In this document: in pieces, positions 12,791 to 26,060 of the stretch | Layout of the letters: each line of letters opens with the position of its first letter | Numbering within the stretch: position 1 is the first letter of the stretch | DNA from: Felis catus | Taxonomy: Eukaryota | Length of the DNA stretch: 64,000 nt | Assembly (NCBI RefSeq): GCF_018350175.1 | Contig: NC_058368.1 | Coordinates: 34,970,001 to 35,034,000 of the forward strand | Direction: 5' to 3' | The notes under the pieces: model-generated | Told to the model about the DNA's origin: nothing | Database searches by the model: none | Seen by the model: only the letters and a program-made list of their open reading frames with translations | Translations under genes and position numbers: made by a program

Positions 12791-13224
12791 AACTTTGTGC
12801 CAATATTTTTGTGCTATTAATATAAAAATGGGTTTATTTATATTAAATAGCAACTTTTAAAATATGACTTGTAAATATTTCTGATAATTATCATGAAGCC
12901 ACACTCAATGAAATCTGTAGTATCTTAGAGTAATTATCAAAGAATGTTCTTCACATGTATTTTCTAGATGTTCCAATAAAAAGACTATAGATATCAAAAG
13001 TTTGCTCAAATATAATGTTAGTAATACACATCATTTTCAATGGATTTACAAAGCCAGTAATAGATGGATATGCATTTTTGTGTTGATAGTTTTTATATGT
13101 GTGAATTATTCCTTAGATGTGAACTGTTCTTATCTCATGTTATCATAAAAATGTAGAAATTGATAGGTGCTCATATCAGAAAACTTTTGTGAACAAAAAT
13201 GTTTTTTTAATATCCATAAAAATT

Positions 13225-13447
13225 GGAATAAACTCAGAACTGTCACAAGAGGAGCCTATGGAGACATGATGACTATATATGATATGATGTGGTATTCTGG
13301 ATGAGATCCTAGAACTGAAAAATGACATTAGGTAATAACAAACAAAATATGAATAAATATTGTATTTAGTGAATAATGAATCCATATCTGTTCATACGTG
13401 ATGACAAATGTGCCATATACTGTGAGATGTTAAGAATATGGAAAGCA
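13225..13447 (+). mobile_element. L1MC-like 3' end, left part (split by the long L1)
   Basis: caagaggagcctatggagacatga...tgtggtattctggatgagatcctagaactgaaaa...; colinear with 62095-62370. Confidence 0.75.
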
Positions 13448-14495
13448 TGGGAAAGAGAGGAAGATGGTGGTGGAGTAGGAGCATCCTAGGCTCTCTTGTC
13501 CCACGAACACAACTACATAACTATCAAATTATCCTAAATACCCCAGAAATCCACCTAAGACTGACAGAACAAACTCCACAACTAAAGGAAGAGAAGAAGC
13601 CACATAGAAAAAGGTAAGAAGCACAGAGATGTGGTTTAGGGGAGAAATGGAATGCAGGTGCTGTAGAGGAGAGGGAGCTGTGGTCACTGAGAAGGAAGAA
13701 CACATAGGGAAACACAAAAGGAGAACACTTCCCCAAAGCCATTGGCATGGAAAACTAGAGGAGCTGAATTTCATGAGTTCTTACAAACAGTGGGACTTAA
13801 AGCCTGGAGTTTTATAGGTCAGAGGGTTTGGCTATGATAGAGCCCAGAAAGCACTGTGCTGCTCCTGGAGAGAAGGAGCACACAGGTCACGCAGTGTGAG
13901 AGATTGTCTGTTCTTCCAAGAGTGTCCCTGAGAGGCAGCATTCACAGAAATGCCTCTCAGGGAACAAAGGAGCTGGATGGTGCCATTTCTCTCCCCCACC
14001 CCTAAGTATAAACACATAGCCATCTGTTGGAAACAGCACAGTGCCTACACTGCCTACCTAACTTGCATACAACAAGCCCCACTCCTCAAACCTTGGTGGG
14101 ACTGCTTGCCTCAGCCCCAGTAAGACTGGTCCCTCCCACGGAAGACCAGCACAAACACCTGCCCACACTGTGTCTTCCAAGTTCTGCGGGGCCTCAACTC
14201 CAATGGAAGTATCTTTCACAAGCAGGCCAGAGCACGCCTAGTTAAAACCTGCCACATTCAGGCCAGGTACCAAACATTGCCCACAGCTGGCAAGGAGAGC
14301 CTCTGCAGATCACTGGACTGAAGGAGACAGCAGCCAAAACACAAGAGCAGAGAACACACAGCACACACCAGAGATACTACCTGAAGCACCAGGCCCTGGG
14401 CACTACTTGACCTCTTCTTCATAAGGCCATTACTTTCAGGAACAGGAGACATAACTGGCTTTCCTAATACACAGAAGGTAGAGACTTAGACAAAA

Positions 14496-14635
14496 TATCT
14501 AGATGGATGAATTTACCCAAATGAAAGAACAAGATAGGCCACTGCCAGAGATCTAAGTGAAACAGATATAAGTAACATGCCTGATAGAGAATTTAAAGCA
14601 ACAATCATAAGGATACTCACTGGGTGTGAGAAACA

Positions 14636-14667
<32 letters not shown>

Positions 14668-15348
14668 ATAGAAGATGTCAGTGAGACCCTTACCACAGAG
14701 ATAAAAGAGTTAAAAAAGAATCAATCAGAGATGAAAAGTGCAATAAATGATACTGGAAACAGACTTGATGCAATGAACAGCAAGCTGAAAGAAGCAGAGG
14801 AATGATTAGTGACCTAGAAGACAAAGTAATGGAAAGCAATGAAGCTGAACAAAAGAGAGAAAAAAGAATTATGCAACACGAGAAAAGACATAGGGAATTC
14901 AGTGACTCCATCAAATATAATAACATTTGTACTATAGGAATCCCAAAGAAGAAGAGAGAGAAAAGAGGGCAGAAAATTTATTAGAGGAAATAATAGCTGA
15001 AAACTTCCCTAATCTGGGGAAGGAAACAGTCATCCAGATCCAGGAGGCAAAGAGACTCCCTATCAAAATCAAAAAAAGTAGGCCAACACCAAGACATATT
15101 ATAATTAAGTTTTCAAAATATATAGAAAAAATCTTAAAAACAAGACAAGGGGCACCTGGGTGGCTAAGTCAGTTAAGCCTCTGACTTAGGCTCAGGTCAT
15201 GATCTCATGGTTCGTGGGTTTGAGCCCTGTGTTGGGCTCTGTGCTGACAGTTCAGAGCCTAGAGCCTGCTTCAGATTCTGGATTCTCTCTGTCTCTCTGT
15301 CTCTCTGTCTGTCTCTCTCTCTCTTTCTCTGCCCCCCCCACTTGTTCG

Positions 15349-15407
<59 letters not shown>

Positions 15408-15700
15408 AAAAATAAATGCATATTAAAACAAAACAAAAAGACAAAAGAAATCCCCAACTTACAAGGGAAGACGCATAAGTCTAGCTGCAGATTTCTCAAC
15501 AGAAACTTGACAAGCCAAAAGAGAGTGAAGTATTCAAAGTGATGAGTGGGAAGAATCAGCAGCCAAGAATAATCTACCCATTATAACTATCATTCAGAAT
15601 AGGATGAGAGATAAAGACTTTCCCAGACAAACACCAGGGAAGTTGGTGACCACTAAACTAACCCTGCAAGAAATATTAAAAGGGACTCTTACGAGCAAAG
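14496..15700 (+). pseudogene. L1 ORF1p remnant (disrupted)
   Basis: ORF fragments 14802-14984 and 14927-15184 show coiled-coil/RRM-like L1 ORF1 motifs; interrupted by a SINE. Confidence 0.9.
15149..15432 (+). mobile_element. Can-SINE inside L1 ORF1
   Basis: ggggcacctgggtggct head; expanded (CT)n; TSD approximately aaaa...aagacaa. Confidence 0.96.
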
Positions 15701-15964
15701 GAGAGACCAAAAGCAACAAAAACAAGAAAGGGCCAGAGAAAATTTCTAGAAACAATGACAAAACAAATAATAAAATGGCAATAGATACATACCTATCAAA
15801 AATTACTTTGAATGTAAATGGACTAAATGCTCCAGTTAGAAGATACTTGGTGTCAGACTACATTAAAAAAAAAAAAAAAAAAAAACAAGACCCATGTATA
15901 TACTACCTACAAGAGACTCATTTTAGACCTAAAGACACTTGCACTTTGAAAGTTAGAGCATGGA

Positions 15965-16090
15965 GGGGTGCCTGGGTGTCTCAGTTGGTTAAGCATCCAA
16001 CTCTTGGTTTTTGCTAAGGTCATCATCTCATGGTTCTTCAGTTTGAGCCCTGCATTGGGGTCCATGCTGACACCACGGAACCTGCTTGAG

Positions 16091-16132
<42 letters not shown>

Positions 16133-16185
16133 CCCTGCTCGTGCTCTCTCTCACTCTCTCTCTCTTCTCAAAATAAACTTAAAAA
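15965..16185 (+). mobile_element. Can-SINE inside L1 ORF2 endonuclease domain
   Basis: TSD aaagttagagcatgga / aaagtgagtgcatgga. Confidence 0.96.
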
Positions 16186-17549
16186 AAAGTGAGTGCATGG
16201 AAAAATATTTATCATGTAAATGGATGTCAAAAGAAAGCCAAAGTACCAATACTTATATTAGACAAACTAGAAACAGACTGTAACAAGTGACAAAGAAGGG
16301 CACTATATAATAATAAAGGAAACAATCTAAGAATTAAAAATAACAGTTGTAAATATTTATACACCCAACATGGAGGCACCTAAATATATAATAAAATTAA
16401 TACTAAACATAAAGGAACTAATTGATAATAATACAATAATAGTAGGGGACTTTAATACCCCACTTATATCAATGTGCAGATAATCTAAACAGAAAATAAA
16501 CAAGGAAACAATGGCTTTGAATGACATACTGGCCCAAATGGACCTAACAGATATATTCAGAACATTCTATTATAAAGCAGCAGAATACATGCAAGTGCAC
16601 ATGGAACATTATCCAGAATAGATTACATATTACATCACAAAAGAGGCCTCAACAAATACAAAGAGATTGAAGTCATGCCATGCAACTCTTCTGAAGACAG
16701 CACTATGAGACTAGAAATCAACCACAAGAAAAAAATGTGGGAAGAACACAAACACATGGAAGTTAAACAACATGCTATTAAACAATGAATGGGTCAACCA
16801 GAAAATTAAAGAAAAAATAAAAATAAATACATGGAAACAAATGAAAATGAAAACACAATGGTCCAAAAGCCTTGTGATGCAGCAAAAGTGGTTCTAATAA
16901 TGAAGTATATAGCAATTACAGCCTTACCTCAAGAAGCAAGAAAAATCATGTAAATAACCTAACCTGCACCTAAAAGAACTAGAAAAAGAACAACTGAAGA
17001 CTAAAACCAGCAGAAGGAAGGAAATAATAAAGATTAGAGCAGAAATAAATGATATAGAAACATCACAATGTTTCTATAAACACAATAGAACAGATCAATG
17101 ATTCAGAAGCTGACTTTCTAAAAAAATTAATAAAATCGATAAACTTCTAGCCAGACTTATCAAAAAGAAAAGAGGACAGAAATAAATAAAATCACAAATG
17201 ATAGAGGAGAAATAACAACCAACACCATAGAAATATAAACAATTATAAGAGAACGTTATGAAAAACTATATGCTAACAAGTTGGACAATCTGGAAGAAAT
17301 GCAAAAATTCCTAGAAACATATAAACTACCAAAAGTGAAAGAGGAAGAAATAGAAAATTTGAACAGATGCATAACCATCCATTTCAAAAAATTTGAATCA
17401 GTAATAAAAAAAATCCCCCAAAATAAAAGTCCAGCATCAAATGGCTTCACAAGCTAATTCTATCAAATATTAAAAGAAAGGTTAATATCTATTCTTCTGA
17501 AAAGACTCTAAAAAATAAAAAAAGGAAGTAAAACTTCCAAATTCATTCT

Positions 17550-17743
17550 TTTTTTTAATGTTTATTTTTGAGAGAGAGAGAGAGAGAATATGAGTGTTGG
17601 GGTGGGTGGGTATAGAGGATCCAAAGTGTGCTCTGCGTGGACAGTGATTAGCCTGACACAGGGCTTAGACTCACAAATTGTTAGATCATGACCTGAGCCA
17701 AAGTCAGATGCTTTACCAACTAAGCCACCCAGACGCCCCCCCC
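17550..17743 (-). mobile_element. Can-SINE inside L1 ORF2
   Basis: Perfect TSD ccaaattcattct at 17537-17549 and 17744-17756. Confidence 0.96.
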
Positions 17744-19261
17744 CCAAATTCATTCTATGAGGACAATATTGTCATAATACCATGATAAAGACACCACTAA
17801 GAAAGAGAACTACAGGCCAATATCCCAGATGAACACAGATGCAAAAGTTCTCAATACAGTACTACCAAACAGAATCCAAAAGTGCATTAAAAAAATCATT
17901 CACCATGATCAAGAAGGATTAATTAATGAGCTGCAAGTGTGGCTTAATATTAGCAAATCAATCAGCAAGATACATAACATTAAAAGAAAGGATAAGAAAC
18001 ACATGATCATTTCAATAAATGCAGAAAAAAACATTAGACAAACTACAACATCCATTCATAAAAACTCTCAACAAAGTATATTTAGAGGGAGTATACCTCA
18101 CCACAATAAAAGCCATATAAGAAAAATCTATAGAGAACTTCATACTTAATGGGGAAAAACTGAGAGCTTTTTCTCTACTATCAGAAAAAAGATAGGGATG
18201 TCCATTCTCACCACTGTTATTTAACATAGTTTTGGAAGTCCTAGTCCAATTGGACAACAGAAAGAAACAAAAGGTAACCAAATTGGCAAGGAAAAAGTAA
18301 AACCTTCATTATTTGTCGATGACATGATACTGTATATATAAAAAAAAAAAAGATTCCACCAAAAAACTGCTAGAATTGATATACAAATTCAGTAAAGTCA
18401 CAGGATACAAAGTGTACAGAAATTTGTTGCATTTCTATATGTCAATTCTATATGCTAATGATGCAGCAGAAAGAGAAATTCAGGAATCAATCCCATTTAC
18501 AACTGCACCAAAAACAGTAGGATACCTAGAAATAAACCTAACCAAAGATATGGGAGACATATATTCTGAAAATTATAAAACACTGATGAAAGAAATTGAA
18601 GATGACACAAAGAAATGGAAAGACATTCCATACAAATTAATTAGAAGAACATATAATGTTAAAATGTCCGTAATACCCAAATTAATTTACACATTTAATC
18701 CAATTCTCCTAACAAAATAGGGCATTTTTCACAGAGCTCCAACAAGCAATCCTAAAATTTGTATGGAACCACAAAACACCCAAATAGCCAAAGCAACCTT
18801 GAAAAGGCAAAGCAAAGCTGGAGGCATTACAATTCCAAACTGCAAGCTGTATTACATAGCTGTAGTCATCAAGACAGTATGGTACTGGCACAAAAACAGA
18901 CACGGAGATCAATGGAACAGAATACAAAACCCAGAAATGAATTCACCACTCTAAAGTCAATTAATCTTTGACAAAGCAGGAAAGAATTATCCAGAGGGAA
19001 AAAGACAGTCTCTTCAACAAATGCTGGTGGGAAAACTGGACAGCAACGTGTAAAAGAATGAAACTGGACCACTTTCTTACACCATACTCAAATATAAATT
19101 CCAAATGAATCAAAGACCTAAATATGAGACCTGAAACCATAAAAATCCTGGAAGAGAACACATGCAGCAACCTGTTTGACATTGGCTCTAGCAACTTCTT
19201 TCCAGATGTGTCTTCTGAGGCAAGAGAAACAAAAGCAAAAATAAACTATTTTGACTACATC

Positions 19262-19303
<42 letters not shown>
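19262..19303. repeat. (TAAA)n microsatellite inside L1 ORF2
   Basis: About 10 TAAA units seen directly. Confidence 0.95.
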
Positions 19304-19304
<1 letters not shown>

Positions 19305-19896
19305 CTTCTGCACAGCAAAGGAAATAATCAAAAAAGGCAACCTACAGAATGGGAGAAGATGCTTACAAATCTGATAAAGGGCTTGTATGCAAAATATATA
19401 AAGAACTTACAAGCTTAATACCCCAAAATGAATAATCCAGTTAAAAACACAGGCACGGGACATGAACAGACATTTTTGCAAAGAAGACACACAGACGGCC
19501 AACAGACACATCAAGAGATGGTTAACATCACTAATCATCTGGGAAATGCAAATCAAAACCATGATGAGATACCACCTCACACCTGTCAGATGGCTGAAAT
19601 TAATAACACAATAAAAAACAGATGTGGGCAAGGATGTGGAGAAAGGGGAACCCTCTTGCACTGTTGGTGGGAATGCATACTGGTGCTGCCATTCTCTAAA
19701 TAGCATGAAGTTTCCTCAAAATGTTAAAAACAGAACTACCTTGAAATCTAGCAATTGCATTACTAGGTATTTACCCAAAGAATACAAAAGAACACTAATC
19801 AAAGGGATACTTGCATCCCAATGTTTATAGCAGCATTATCTACAATAGGGAAATTATGACTATTGACAAATAGATAAAAAGTGGTATGTGTATGTG

Positions 19897-19933
<37 letters not shown>

Positions 19934-20135
19934 GGGGCACCTGGGTAGCTCAGTCAGTTAAGTGTCCAACTTCAGCTCAGGCCATGATCTCATGGTTCAT
20001 GGGTTTGAGCCCAGCATTGGGCTGCTGACAGCTCAGATCCTGGAGCCTGCTTTGGATTCTGTATCTCCCGCTCTCTCTGCCCCTCCCCCACCCCTCTCTC
20101 TCAAAAACAAATAAACATTAAAAAATGTTTAAAAT

Positions 20136-20137
<2 letters not shown>
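19934..20137 (+). mobile_element. Can-SINE between (CA)n and (TA)n tracts near the L1 3' end
   Basis: ggggcacctgggtagctcagtc head; A tail; flanked by acatatat on both sides. Confidence 0.95.
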
Positions 20138-20181
<44 letters not shown>

Positions 20182-20735
20182 GGAATATTACTCAGCCATA
20201 AAAAAGAATGAAATCTTACCATTGCAATGACATGGATGGAGCTAGAGCATATCATGCTGAGTGAAATAAGTCAGAGAAAGACAAATATTGTATGACTTTC
20301 ACTCATGTGAATTTAAAAAACAAAACAAATGAGCAAAAAGGAAAGAGAGAGAGAGAGGCAAAACAAGAACAGACACTTAACCATGGAAAACAAACTGATG
20401 GTTTCCAGGGCGTAGGTAGGTGGGGGATGGATTCTTCAACAAAGCAGCAAAGAATATCTAATGGGAAAAGGTCTCTTCAACAAATGATGTTGGGAAAATG
20501 GGACAGTAACGTGTGAAAGAATGAAACTGGACCATTTTCTTACACCATACTCAAATATAAATTCAAAATGGATCAAAGACCTAAATATGAGATACATATT
20601 GGATGGGTGATGGGGATTGGGGAGTGTGCTTATGATAAGCACTGGTTGTTGCATGAAGGTGTTGAACTGCCATTATGCACCTGAAACTGATATTACATTG
20701 TATGTTAACTAACTGGAATTCAAATGAAAACTTAT

Positions 20736-20830
20736 AAAAGTATAGGGGCAAATGGATGCCAACTATATGGGAACTCTCTGTACTATCTTTTCAATTTTTT
20801 AGTAAATCTAAAATTATTCTAAAATATTTT
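20736..20830 (+). mobile_element. L1MC-like 3' end, right part
   Basis: tatatgggaactctctgtactatctttt...taaatctaaaattattctaaaata continues the fragment ending at 13447. Confidence 0.75.
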
Positions 20831-21549
20831 TTTATTTTAAAAATTTAACTCAGGAAAGCTTCATATTTTATTTAACATTTTATTTTCCTTAGCCATATAT
20901 GAGATGATTAAAGCTTTACAGTTTAATAATTACTCATCAAAGTGGCATAAATTTTAATATTTTGGCACAGAAATTTGTAGGGATTCTTACTCATGGAACC
21001 TATAGTAATCATTTATTATTTTCCATGGCATGTGTAAGTATGTAAATAAGGTATATTCTAGTTTTTTATGTAGGAAAATCAAGAAAGGTAACGTTTTGTT
21101 CTCTACGTTAGACTATTTTAGTCTATTATAAAATCAGTTAGCATGCTATAAAATGTAATTTACTAAATGGAACATGGCTGCCAAGAGTTATTCCTTTGTT
21201 TATTTATGATTTTTTAAGATATGTAACCCTGAAAGTGAGTAGTTTACACATCAAAATAATTATTTCCATTAACTGTATCAACTGTAAAGTGGATTTAACT
21301 AATCAAAACAAAGGTACAATAAAAATACAAACTATACCATAGCAAATTTCCTAGTGCCTTATTTACTAAAGCTTTCACCGCTGTGGCAAACTGCAAAGCA
21401 ATTAAGGACCATAGTTGCTCATATGTAACATGGTTATGAATACCAACGGAGCCACATTTTCACAAAGCTAGAAGCAACATCGACATAATGTATGTGAAAA
21501 TTCACACTTCTGATGTCAAAGTCTCTTTCCAATTTTATTCCTCGATTTT

Positions 21550-21872
21550 CTTTTTGTTTTATGAACTATGATTGACAAATAAAATTGTATGTATTTAAAG
21601 TGTACATCATGATGATTTGATATATGTATACATTATGAAATGATTACCACAAATTAACACATCTATGACCTTTCATAGTTACTTTTTAATTTTTTTGGTG
21701 AGAATGCTTAATATGTACTTTCTTAGCAAATTTCAAGTATGTTATACAGTACCATTAACTACAGTCATCATGTTATATATTATTAGATCCTCAGAACTTA
21801 TTCATTTTCTATCTGAAAATCTGTACCCTTTGGCCAACATCTCCCTATTTGTCCCACCCCCAAAATCCCTGG
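21550..21872 (-). mobile_element. Old L1 (L1MA-like) 3' end, antisense
   Basis: attgacaaataaaattgtatgtatttaaagtgtaca...tagatcctcagaacttattcat...gtaccctttggccaacatctccc. Confidence 0.85.
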
Positions 21873-24284
21873 CAAAATCTCTCTCCAGCTTTCTTCCTTG
21901 ATTTCTGACTTTCAACTGATCCATTCTGTTCCATGGTCACTGATCCCTTACGTTCCATAATGTACACCAGCCTCTAATCCCAAGGGCATCCTGGTATGTT
22001 TTGTTAAACACACGGTTACAGATACAACAGAAAATTTATCTGTTTTTCAAACTCCTTCAGTGAAAGTGTAGAAGCTTCCAATTTTGAGGAAAGTCACTTT
22101 GTAACTGAGGTATTAAGGTCATCTTCTTTGCTAATACTGTGAACCAGAGTAAATCCGAGGAGTTCTTTGAAGGTCACACACAGACACACCAATAAGAAAG
22201 TAAGTATATGAATATGTATATAAAGAACCACATTGTGAATTTATGAATACATTATAGGGACTTAGACTAATGTCTTTAAATTGACCTTATTGACACTTCT
22301 ACCCCAAAAATAGTTATATCAACTTTTCTCATCTGACTTACAGAAAATGTCCAAAAACAGCCTCAAGCTAGGAACAGTTTTCAATGGTCATGATTTTCCT
22401 TAACATATTGGTGTGTATGCCTCTAGCCAGCTCTGAACATAAATACTTTAGTTTACATGTGAGAACAGTTTTACTGGGTGGCTGTTAGCAATTTCTATGC
22501 ATATGCATTCATATACTTTTTAAGTCACAGAATCCCTAATCCCAAAGAATTTACATCATCTGGTAAATGTTTTATTCATATTAAAATATTTAAGAACGGT
22601 GGTGCTGTGTTATTCTTTCTATTCTTCTGTCATTCCGTGCACTAACATTCACTTGAACTTTACTTTTCTTCTTAACAACAGTCTCAACGGTGATGTCAGA
22701 GTGCACATATAGAACTGCCATCATTTTTTCCTAATTATATTACCATTCTTAGCATAAAATCTGCCTGACTCTCCAGATTTTTCCATTTTCGTGATAACTG
22801 CTATTATATGTCATGTCATCCCTTTTAAAGTTATCCCTCAATAGTGACTTACCTAGCATATTTCACTGATAGTTTGCATTTGTCTTCTGAGACTAATTTA
22901 TGCGCTTGTTATTTTAGCTCCCTTGTCTTAGTAAAATCTGCCAGCGTTTGCAATGTGGCCTTCACGTACATATAAAATGAACTCATGTTTGTGAAAACTA
23001 CCTATCAGCTTCAATACCTAAATTAAACTCTATGCATTGGTCAATTCCAACTCTGATTTGTGAAATTGACTTCCATTAAATTTTTTTTTTCTAATGGGAC
23101 TAGGTAATCCCTTTTAGTTATGAATTGAATTAAAACTTTAAACACAATCATTCTGGGGAAAAAGGGTATAAAGCCTAATTCAAATTGGCAGATAATCAAG
23201 ATATAATTTATATTGGGTTGTTTGTGTGTGAGCAAAGATATACACGCATTGGTTAACATTTCATAGAATCACAAAATGCCAGGTTTAGAGAACACCTCAT
23301 ACATACATTGGTGCAAACATTTACTGAATGTTTGCATTTCTACAACCTTTTGGCAAATGACATCTAAAGGTATAATGAATTTGGGCCCTAGGTATTCTCA
23401 TTCAAAATGAAAGAGGATTTACTATGGTTGTGACACACTCTTAGCAAACTACATAGAGCATTTCAAGTAAAGGGCTGTGGACCTATATAGAAAATGTGCA
23501 TCTTTGACCTTTATAGCACGAGGATTTTCTAGGATAGAAACTAAATAATTTGACAATGCTAAGCTTTCCAATCAGATATCTAAAACCTAACTCTCACTGG
23601 ATAACGTTCAATTCCCAAAATAAAACTCTTAACATTTGCTTGAGAAACAAAAACACACTTTATTCTAAAAGTTAATTTTTCATCTGTCTTAAAATAATTT
23701 TCTATAGGTATTTAAAACACATTTCTCAACAATTTATGGCAATGTTAAATGATAATGCTAATCCCCTTACGGCTCATTAAAAATACTTAACTGAGATTGA
23801 TCTAGGTTCCCAATAGAAATTACCTTACAAAACATGCAGTAAGCCTTTCGATTTTGCAAGCTCAGTCATCATTTGAGAACCTGAATTTTGGCTTGTACTA
23901 AATTTTCTCTGAATATGAACTCCCTAGCCATCAAATAATGTTAGCTCTGGCTCCCACCAAACATGTCAACAGTGGTCATACCATTAGCCATGTTTGTTTT
24001 GGTGACAGTTGGGTTTCCTTTTCTCTTTTATTTATTTCTTCTTCTGTTTTTTTAAGACTGTTGCAAAAAATGTGAACTCCACAATGTTGTTGGTTGTGTG
24101 AAGATGCTGACAAAGAGGCCAGGAGTAGTCTTGATCTTTTCTTCACTTCCTCAACTATCCTGGATGCTCCCTTAGCATCTGAATGTAATAGTGAGGGATA
24201 GGCCCTTCACAGCCCAGGCCCCTGTTAAGGAAGGTCACCATTACTTAGAACTTCTAGATCATCCCCAATCCTCTGGAATCTAAT

Positions 24285-24521
24285 TTTTCAAAATATTTAT
24301 TTATTTATTTTAAGAGAGCGTGAGAGAGAGAGAAAGAGACAGAGACAGAGACAGAGAGCAAGCAAGGGGAGGGGAAGAGAGAGAGGGAGAGAGAATCCCA
24401 AGCAGGCTCTGTGCTGCTAGTACACAACCCAATGTGGGGCTTGATCTCACAGCTCGTGAGTTTATGACCTGAGCCAAAATAAAGACTTGGATGCTTAACT
24501 GACTGAGCCACCCGGGCTCCC
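24285..24521 (-). mobile_element. Can-SINE
   Basis: Antisense body ending gagccacccgggctccc; degenerate ctggaa TSD. Confidence 0.95.
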
Positions 24522-24739
24522 CTGGAACTGAATCTTAATGGGGCTCTACAGTACTTGTTTTGCTCCTTATCCTACCGATGCCCATTTCCTTAAAGTACTT
24601 CACTCTGCTCTCTGCATCTCAAAGTCAAGTATCAGCAGAATCACCTTTACACTCAATGACTTCAGTGAAAATTCTCTCTACCTTTTTGCCATCATGGAAA
24701 TGTAGCACTCCTCTAAGCACTAATTCCCTCAAGTCCCTA

Positions 24740-25630
24740 TTTTCCTGTCTCACATGCCTAATAACCTGGGCTCTGGAGATACATTCTATTTGCCTTTCTC
24801 AGAGCCCCCTAACATGTTCTCTCTCAGGGCCTTTGCACTTGCTGTGCTTCTGCCTGGAATGCTCTCCTGTACTCCACTCTCTGTATCCCCATGGCCACAT
24901 CTGTCATTTCCTTCAAATATCACCTTCTCAGTGAACTTTCTCTAGGCCCCTATTTAAAATATCAACCTCTCCTCTACATCTTCTCCCTGCTTTATCACCT
25001 TAGAATAATGTCAGTCAAGTCAGGAAATAATAAATTTTGATATTTGTTTGATATTGTGCTGCAGATATTGCATATATATTGTTTAATAGCCATTTTTTTG
25101 GTCACTGCTGTGTGCTGGGTTCTCTACTGCATCACAGACACGGGATGGTACGTGAGGTAGTGTCCTTAACTTCCCAGGTTGTCAAATCCCTATTATGTTT
25201 GTGCTATTTTACATCTAGTCACTTTGATTTGCAACACCACCCTTACCTGGTCTCCTCTCTCCATCATTATCCCTTCTTTTTTCTCCAAATTACCATAGCA
25301 ATTGATCTAAAACACAAATCTGAATTCACCCCTCTGCCTAAAATTATGCAGGTTTCTGTTCTTGGAATATGCTTTTCCCATGTCTTTACTTGGTCAGCTT
25401 CAGCTCACTCAACATTCAATATTTAGTTTAGATTTACCACATCTGAGTCTCTATTTATATAAGCCTACACTTGCTAGATGTCTTTCATCTGGGCTCTCAT
25501 AATTTCCATTACAGTATCTACCATTCTATCACAAAACAATTGGTTGAAATTCTATGAAATCTGCGAGCTGACCTGTCTTTAATTTCCCCATTAAATAACA
25601 GAGACATGCAATAAATGCTTGATAAACAAA
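24740..25630 (+). mobile_element. Ancient L2-like fragments
   Basis: ctcagggcctttgcacttgctgtgcttctgcctggaatgctctcc and caataaatgcttga are typical L2 3'-region motifs. Confidence 0.6.
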
Positions 25631-25879
25631 TTGTACTTCTCTGGGAGCACATCTCCTTGGGAAGAAAGGTGAGAGCTCATAAGACCCAGGTACTGAACTC
25701 AGGTACACAGGTGAAGGAACTCAGGAGATAAACATCTGCTTCACTCCTGTGCTTAGCACTCCTGTTGCCACCTTAACTGCAAGCCTCTTGGGAAAGAGCA
25801 GCTCAGAAGATGAGGAGATGGCAGATGGCAGATGTGCCCAGTTTCAAAACATTAAAGGAGGGGAGAAAATGTTTTGGAA

Positions 25880-26060
25880 CCACAGAATTTAGAAATGAGA
25901 AGAGACCTTGAAAGAATAAAACTTCACAGATAATGAACTCTATACTACAGGGGAGGAAATAAGACTCAAAGAGATTAAGTGCCTACATCAATGTCACACA
26001 GCTGGTGCATTTTAGAATCCTCATTTAAATTCATATAATTAGGAGTCTTCTCACTATATG
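25880..26060 (-). mobile_element. MIR fragment
   Basis: gaggaaataagactcaaagagattaagtgcctacatcaatgtcacacagct resembles the MIR core. Confidence 0.55.

Larger units (their letters stand above)
15775..19860 (+). pseudogene. L1 ORF2p (endonuclease/reverse transcriptase) remnant (disrupted)
   Basis: MAIDTYLSKITLNVNGLNAP start; [46 protein letters not shown]. Confidence 0.95.
13449..20735 (+). mobile_element. Full-length, inactive carnivore LINE-1 (5' UTR, ORF1, ORF2, 3' UTR)
   Basis: 5' UTR from gagaggaagatgg; ORF1 remnants (EEIIAENFPNLGKE, RPTPRHIIIK); ORF2 EN motifs TLNVNGLN, LQETH and GDFNTPL; RT motifs mutated (TAG-GGA-TGT-CCA at 18193, FVDD at 18312-18323); [10 protein letters not shown]; carnivore 3' UTR. 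Many stops and frameshifts plus four SINE insertions. Confidence 0.97.

Noticed and set aside
14496..19860. Possible active reverse transcriptase or retroelement system
   Set aside because: Ordinary L1 with many stops and frameshifts, a stop in the QGCP motif, FVDD in place of FADD, and SINE insertions.
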